64,000 nt of DNA from Candidatus Poribacteria bacterium (lineage in GTDB: Bacteria; Poribacteria; WGA-4E; WGA-3G), in contig OZ242029.1 in assembly GCA_965205015.1 (NCBI GenBank), forward strand, positions 832,001 through 896,000, in the 5' to 3' direction. Within the stretch, counting starts at the first letter, position 1; each line of letters opens with the position of its first letter. Position numbers and translations under genes: made by a program. Shown piece by piece: positions 58,801-64,000 of this stretch. The notes beneath the pieces are model-generated. The model searched no databases. It had not been told where the DNA came from and was given only the letters and a program-made list of their open reading frames with translations.

Positions 58801-60012
58801 TTATGCAGAAGCATTTGTGGATTTCAGAATCGGATGGTTGGATTCAACGGAGCAGCCTACGATCTTGTCAAACAAAACAATAGGACTTACAACCCCTAAG
58901 CCAAAGGAAGCTATCCCTTCCTTAAGAATGTTCAGCGCAGCGTTCTCGTCTCGGTCCAGGTGCGTATCGCAACTTGGACACCTCCAAGAACGATCTGCTA
59001 ACGTGAGGTTTTGATTTTTATGTCCACAAACACAACAGGCTTTTGTCGTCGGAGACCACCGATTGATTTTCAGCACGGAGCGAATACGCTTATGAGACTG
59101 GTGCTTGAGTTTCCGCAGGAACTCACCAAACGCAAGATCCGAGACCTGTTTCCCCCACAAGCGTTTCATACCCGCAAGGTTCAGGTCCTCAAAGAACAGT
59201 ATATCAAACTTACGACACAGTTCTATCGCCAGTTTCCAATGGTGATCTGTCCGTTGGTTCGCCGTTTTCTTGTGGATACGCGCAACGGTCTTGCGTTCCC
59301 TCTCTTGGTTGTTAGACCCTTTGACCTTGCGGGAATACGCCTTTTGGGCTTTCGCTAACTTCTCAGCGTTCTGTTTGTAGAACATCGGAGACGTATATCT
59401 ATGACCATCACTACCAATCAGAAAGTCCTTGATACCCATATCAAACCCTTCAGCTTGACCCGTCTTGGGTTCGATCTTGATTTCGGTATAGTCTTCTGTC
59501 AGCGTAATATACATATCTCCGAGGGCATCTCGTGTTACGTGAACTTCGATGATTTGTCCCTCGATTTCACGATGCAGGGCGAAGCGATACCAACGTCCAT
59601 TCAGTCGGATTTTATAGGTCGGGTGATTTCTTTGGTTTTTCTGCTTATCCAACACTTTTTCAAGTTTGACCTGTTCACCCCGAAACGTCATCCCTTTGTG
59701 TTTCTTACACGACTTGAACTTCGGGTGACCTCTGCCCAATGTTTTCATTTCACGAAAAGTTTGTGCTAACCGTTTTAGCACATTTTGCAACGCCCAAGAG
59801 TAAGGGATATTCCAATGCTGATACTTCTCAAGTTTCTTCAGTTTCGTCAAATGTTTCGACAGTTTCGCATACGAAAGTCCTTTACCATAGCGGCGGTAAT
59901 ATCGCATACAGAGTGCCAAAAAATGATTTTTCACAACGCCACAGATATTGCAATCGTCGTGCAAGTGACGCAACGTCTTATCCTTGAAAAGTTTATGTTT
60001 TGTGTTTCGCAT
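58801..60012 (-). CDS. tnpB: RNA-guided endonuclease TnpB
   Basis: RuvC-I GFDMG, RuvC-II FEDLN, Zn finger CCVC / CPSC, RuvC-III DRDENAA. Confidence 0.95.
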   Translation of the reverse strand: MRNTKHKLFKDKTLRHLHDDCNICGVVKNHFLALCMRYYRRYGKGLSYAKLSKHLTKLKKLEKYQHWNIPYSWALQNVLKRLAQTFREMKTLGRGHPKFKSCKKHKGMTFRGEQVKLEKVLDKQKNQRNHPTYKIRLNGRWYRFALHREIEGQIIEVHVTRDALGDMYITLTEDYTEIKIEPKTGQAEGFDMGIKDFLIGSDGHRYTSPMFYKQNAEKLAKAQKAYSRKVKGSNNQERERKTVARIHKKTANQRTDHHWKLAIELCRKFDILFFEDLNLAGMKRLWGKQVSDLAFGEFLRKLKHQSHKRIRSVLKINRWSPTTKACCVCGHKNQNLTLADRSWRCPSCDTHLDRDENAALNILKEGIASFGLGVVSPIVLFDKIVGCSVESNHPILKSTNASA

Positions 60013-60111
60013 GGTTTATCAAGTCTCAAGTCTTTAACCCCTATACAGTGGGTGGGACCGACACGTAACCTTGCGGTTATGCTGTATATGTCGGTCCAAC
60101 TTGATATTCTC

Positions 60112-60141
60112 ATTATATCACACTTTCGGACCAAACGTCAA
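60112..60141 (-). promoter_or_regulatory. sigma70 promoter inside the IS left end, driving tnpB
   Basis: TTGACG-N18-TATAAT. Confidence 0.6.
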
Positions 60142-60784
60142 GCAAAAAATGAACGCTTTGGTCCTTTCCAAGAGGGCGAGACTGTATCCCAAAGCTAAAG
60201 CATTGGGTTTTCGTCTCGGAAGTTTAGATAAAAAGTTATTTAGCACCAGTCGTAGGTTTAATTTGACTTTATTCGCTGAAATATCGTATAATTAACGTGA
60301 ATTCGACAATAAAAAGCCCTATAGACATCCGTTGCATCAATAGGAGCATCTTTATAGCATGAACACCCGACCCCTCAATACGGATTTCTCATTACAAAGT
60401 CTTGCGGTCCCGAGCTGGGATGTCCTACCATGCTTTGCTGTGTGTAATCTGCGCGCATCATCTATACGCCCTGAGATGTTACAACAAGATATAACCATCA
60501 CCCCCCCCCACTTTACGCGAGTTAAGTAAACCTTACCTAAACAACTTATTGCTGCAATGTGCACAAGGACCCTCTTCCTTCGCGCCGCGTAGTCCCCCTA
60601 ATGCCGCCCCTTGGACATTCTTCACATACAGATGTCCTCAAGGGCTATTTCTGTTCTGCAAGCATTTTTCGCAGCTGCCTGTCCGTCCTACCGGAGCATA
60701 TTCACTCCTGCTACCGCTGGCACAGGCCCCACACTCCCTCACAGGGCGAACGTGCCACAATTAGATGAATACAAAAGGAGAAAC

Positions 60785-61138
60785 ATGAGAGACAAAATTA
60801 TTTTTTTCATACTCGGTGCTTTACTCGCAACACTCGCATATTCCGCAGGTGGTATCCAACTTTCTGCTGACGATGATATAACCCTTTTTGAAAAGTTACT
60901 TGTCAAAGACCTTTTGATTACAGACTCCCTTCAAATCGGAGTCAAAGATTCAAACCTCAGAATTCTCATAAGAAAGACAGAAGATTATGCTGCCATCATC
61001 TTGCAAAATCAAGAAAACGACGAACGTATCACACTTAACGTTTCCAAAGACACTGGACCATTTATTGGGATTCGAAACAAGCATAAGAAAACGCGATTTA
61101 TGGATGCCAACAGCGTCAATCGTATACACCAAGAGTAA
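60785..61138 (+). CDS. Small exported hypothetical protein
   Basis: AAGGAG RBS, MRDKIIFFILGALLATLAYSA signal peptide, beta-rich body. Confidence 0.7.
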   Translation: MRDKIIFFILGALLATLAYSAGGIQLSADDDITLFEKLLVKDLLITDSLQIGVKDSNLRILIRKTEDYAAIILQNQENDERITLNVSKDTGPFIGIRNKHKKTRFMDANSVNRIHQE

Positions 61139-61168
61139 ACAGCAAAAATTCAGAGGTCATAAGAACCT

Positions 61169-61933
61169 TTACGTATCACTATCAGGGATCTCTGGCCAAT
61201 TGTGTTCCGGTGAATATCCTAAATCCGCTTCCGCGGGTCGCCACGCGAAACGGGAATCCGCACGACCCGCGACAGCATTATAAGAACCATACCGGACTGT
61301 CTCTGTCTCAATCGCGCGAGCAACACACTGCGCAACATCTCTCGGATCCACGTAAACGAACCAAGGATCTGTCACAATATCAGGAGCCGTCGGACCGGGA
61401 TTCTGTCCGTCGCCATCTATAACACCCGGACGGACATGAATCACGTCCAATCCATGCGCTTGATGATACGCCGCTCCGATCTGTTCACCGAGATACTTCG
61501 CCAGCGCGTAGTAAAGATCTCCCGGACCGAATTGGAAGTCATCGTCCACCTTGTAAGGCAATTCAGCACTTGGGGCAGGTGGACACGCCGAAATACTTGA
61601 GATGTTCACCAATTTTTTGACGCCTTGCTTCACACAGGCTTCCGCGACGTTCCATGTCCCTTTCACCATAACATCCGCAAATAGCGAAGCCGGTTTATCA
61701 GACCGTCCCCGTACCAGCGCAACAAGATGGACGACAGCGTCTTGATCCGTACACGCTGCCTCGATTTCAGCAGCATCCGTCACATCCGCCTTGATAAAAT
61801 TCGTGCCTGAAACCGTCCGATCCAGTTCAACAATATCAGTGAGCGTAAGGTCATACTCACCACGCAACCGATCAATGATAAACTGCGCCAGATATCCATT
61901 CGCACCCGTAATCAAAATCTTTTCAATCGACAT
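61169..61933 (-). CDS. NAD-dependent epimerase/dehydratase (extended SDR)
   Basis: ITGANGYL, NISS, YALAK (YxxxK). Confidence 0.9.
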   Translation of the reverse strand: MSIEKILITGANGYLAQFIIDRLRGEYDLTLTDIVELDRTVSGTNFIKADVTDAAEIEAACTDQDAVVHLVALVRGRSDKPASLFADVMVKGTWNVAEACVKQGVKKLVNISSISACPPAPSAELPYKVDDDFQFGPGDLYYALAKYLGEQIGAAYHQAHGLDVIHVRPGVIDGDGQNPGPTAPDIVTDPWFVYVDPRDVAQCVARAIETETVRYGSYNAVAGRADSRFAWRPAEADLGYSPEHNWPEIPDSDT

Positions 61934-61984
61934 TGGTTTTCCTTAAAGGTAGTAGGCACACGCCGCTGTGCCGTAACAAGGCAT

Positions 61985-62326
61985 TTACGCGAAAGAGGCT
62001 TCCGTTTCATAGAGTGTCTCATTGAAGCCAACAAAGAAAACATTTCCGCTTTGTATCGTCGGCGCCCGGAGGCTACCGCTCCGCCCCATTACCACTTTTA
62101 GGATCGATTCCTGTGTGTCTTCGGTCGGCACGAAGGTTTCCACACGCTTCCCTTTCGCAACAACGATTCGCTCCGCACTGCCCATTAAATCCCATACCGC
62201 CGTTGCATCCATTCGCTCTTTCCGGGCATCAGTCCGACTTTCTGGCTGTAATTCGTGTTCGTCAAGAAACTCTTGAACCTTTTTACACGAGGTTCAGCTA
62301 CTCCGAGAATAAATCCAATCTATCAT
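61985..62326 (-). CDS. ArsC/Spx-like thioredoxin-fold selenoprotein (UxxC), in-frame TGA at codon 11
   Basis: AAGGA RBS, then MIDWIYSRSS-U-TSCKKVQEFL continuing in frame into the 75-aa ORF (GRSGSLRAPT..VGFN); hairpin 3' of the UGA. Confidence 0.85.
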
Positions 62327-62346
62327 TTTTTAATTTTCCTTTTACC

Positions 62347-63354
62347 TTATAGGTCCCCAACGTTAATAAATCTGCCGGTATCACGACTCTGGACGGCTGC
62401 ATCAATTAGGGCGAGTGTCTCCATTGCATCGGCGAATGACGAGCGAATCAGTGTCCTGTCACCTGTTTCAATGGCACGCAACCATGCGCCGGATTTATCC
62501 AATCCCAGACTGTTTTCGGAAACCCCCGGTTCATTGACAACCTCACCGTTAAGGTATCCACGGATAACGTTATCCGTCATCTTCGCGTGCAATCGCAGAT
62601 GCGGTCCGACGACTTCAACCTCAAAACTAAATCCCTCGGTCCCACAATGATTCATGTGTGTTCCAAAAACGCCGTTGTCCAATTGATAGGTCATTTGAAT
62701 GGCATTTTCGGCATCGAATTCCGTGCGTTCTAATGCCATGTTCTTAGCGGCGAGGGCGTGTGCTTGCACCGGTTTCGGATTTCCCATTACAAAACGTGCA
62801 CAATCCAGCACATGCACCGCTTGTTCCGGCAAGGGACCCCCGCTGATCTCATATTGTAGAAACCAAGGCGACATCCGGAAACTTAGGTAATAATCAACAG
62901 TACACACCGTCCGGACGAGGTGGACCGTTTCCGAAGCGATTAACACCTTCAGTCGTTCATAGAGCGGATGGTAGCGAAGTTGGAACCCAACAGCGGAAAT
63001 GACATCCGCTTTCTCGATGCATGCAAGGCATTTTCTACCTTCAGCCATGTCCAAGGCGGGCGGTTTTTCAACCATCACAGGAATGCCGCGGTCGCACGCC
63101 ATTTGGATCGGTTCAAGACGGACAGGGGGTGGTGTCGTGATAACCACCCCGTCCATGTCCACATCGAAAAAGGCATCCAACGCCGTCGTCGCAAGTGCTG
63201 ATTCGGCATGCGCGGCGAGTTCGCGCGCTGCTTCAAGTCTCACATCATGGACGGCGACAACACGCGCACCGTAATTGGTCATCGCACCCTGATGATGCCT
63301 TCCCATACTACCAGCACCAATAATGCCTATTGCTAACGGTTTTTGAGAGCTCAT
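62347..63354 (-). CDS. Gfo/Idh/MocA oxidoreductase
   Basis: IGAGSMG, EKPP, VGFQLRY, EQAVHVLD. Confidence 0.92.
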   Translation of the reverse strand: MSSQKPLAIGIIGAGSMGRHHQGAMTNYGARVVAVHDVRLEAARELAAHAESALATTALDAFFDVDMDGVVITTPPPVRLEPIQMACDRGIPVMVEKPPALDMAEGRKCLACIEKADVISAVGFQLRYHPLYERLKVLIASETVHLVRTVCTVDYYLSFRMSPWFLQYEISGGPLPEQAVHVLDCARFVMGNPKPVQAHALAAKNMALERTEFDAENAIQMTYQLDNGVFGTHMNHCGTEGFSFEVEVVGPHLRLHAKMTDNVIRGYLNGEVVNEPGVSENSLGLDKSGAWLRAIETGDRTLIRSSFADAMETLALIDAAVQSRDTGRFINVGDL

Positions 63355-63360
63355 TGTATT

Positions 63361-64000
63361 GTCAAACTACCCAAGCCTAAAGACTTGGGCTTGCCTTAAA
63401 CAACAACTGTGTTGCGTTTTGCAAGCCCGCGTCTCGTGCTTCGTTGGTGTTTCTCGCTTCACAGAGAGTGGTAACCCACTGCTCTCCACGAAGGACAGTA
63501 GCTGCCCTGAGAAGTATGTTTATCGCAGCGTTGTGGTCCCAGTCTAACGAAGTGCCACAAAAACTACAGTGAAAGGTGCGTATCGCTAAAGAGAGTTTCT
63601 TTGGCGACTTCTTGCCACAAGCCAAGCATGTTTGCGAAGTGTTCTTGGGATCAACTTGGTGGAAATGCAGACCGTCTCTTTCGGCTATGTCTGCACACCA
63701 TTTAAAGAAGATACCCCAAGAGGCATCCGAAATGCTCTTGCTGAGGTGTTTATTCTTTACCATATTAGACGTGCTTAACTCCTCTGCCACTAAAACATTG
63801 TTTTCTTTATGATGATAGAGTTTATAGACGAGTTTGCCGATAAAGTCTTTGCGTTTGTTCGCGGTTCGCTCATGGTGTAAAGCGAGGGTGTGTTGGTGTT
63901 TCTTTCTTCGGTGGCTCCCTAACTTTTTACGCGATAGGTCTTTCGAGTGTTTTCGGAGCAAACCTTCTGCTTGGCGATACCAGCGCGGGTTATCTTCCTT
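63361..64000 (-). mobile_element. Second IS200/IS605 element (right end and 3' half)
   Basis: CAAGCCCAAGTCTTTAGGCTTGGGTAGTTTGAC right end. Confidence 0.85.
63377..64000 (-). CDS. tnpB: TnpB, 5'-truncated by the window edge
   Basis: Frame is open to 64000 (KEDNPRWYRQAEGL...); AEEL, SISDASWG, TSQTCLAC, CSFC, DWDHNAA. Confidence 0.9.
   Translation of the reverse strand, partial: KEDNPRWYRQAEGLLRKHSKDLSRKKLGSHRRKKHQHTLALHHERTANKRKDFIGKLVYKLYHHKENNVLVAEELSTSNMVKNKHLSKSISDASWGIFFKWCADIAERDGLHFHQVDPKNTSQTCLACGKKSPKKLSLAIRTFHCSFCGTSLDWDHNAAINILLRAATVLRGEQWVTTLCEARNTNEARDAGLQNATQLLFKASPSL

Larger units (their letters stand above)
58761..60227 (-). mobile_element. IS200/IS605-family element, tnpB only (IS1341-like)
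   Basis: Left-end hairpin CCCAATGCTTTAGCTTTGGG downstream of TTTAT; right-end hairpin CCCAAGTCTTTAGACTTGGG ending TCAC; no tnpA. Confidence 0.85.

Noticed and set aside
63792-63803. 12-nt match (AAAACATTGTTT) of the first element's predicted guide within the second tnpB gene
   Set aside because: The upstream bases are CCACT, not the predicted TTTAT TAM, and the match is short and AT-rich, so chance is likely.
232-63812. Numerous short antisense or alternate-frame ORFs in the track
   Set aside because: They are shadows of well-supported genes, with no RBS or family motifs.

Overview
Bacterial genomic DNA that resembles Candidatus Poribacteria. This is inferred from a LamG protein ending in KLATTWGSIK, tandem Uma2 genes, several Gfo/Idh/MocA genes, a TPR plus ASPIC/UnbV pair and dense REP/heptamer repeats; it was not checked by any search. 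Bases 1-17.3 kb hold a minus-strand envelope regulon: ECF sigma, zinc-finger anti-sigma, two DUF4252-like proteins, five TIKI/TraB-like (DUF5694-type) paralogs, a paired ABC transporter, a CBM9/DUF5916-type outer-membrane protein and further ABC genes. Three copies of a TGCAAC-N16-TGTAGTA promoter link these genes. The TIKI-like paralog fused to DUF4252 has lost most predicted catalytic residues. Bases 17-33 kb carry metabolic genes, tyrS, class II ribonucleotide reductase, a large LRR/lamin-tail surface protein, RNase P RNA and hydantoinase B. Bases 33-53 kb are the dcw cluster (rsmH to ftsZ), with an inserted alpha/beta hydrolase and a membrane-anchored MurF, and without mraZ or murB. Bases 53-64 kb carry a radical SAM enzyme, LamG, TPR and ASPIC/UnbV genes, two IS200/IS605 tnpB elements with readable ends, and a UGA-recoded ArsC-like selenoprotein that the ORF track truncates.
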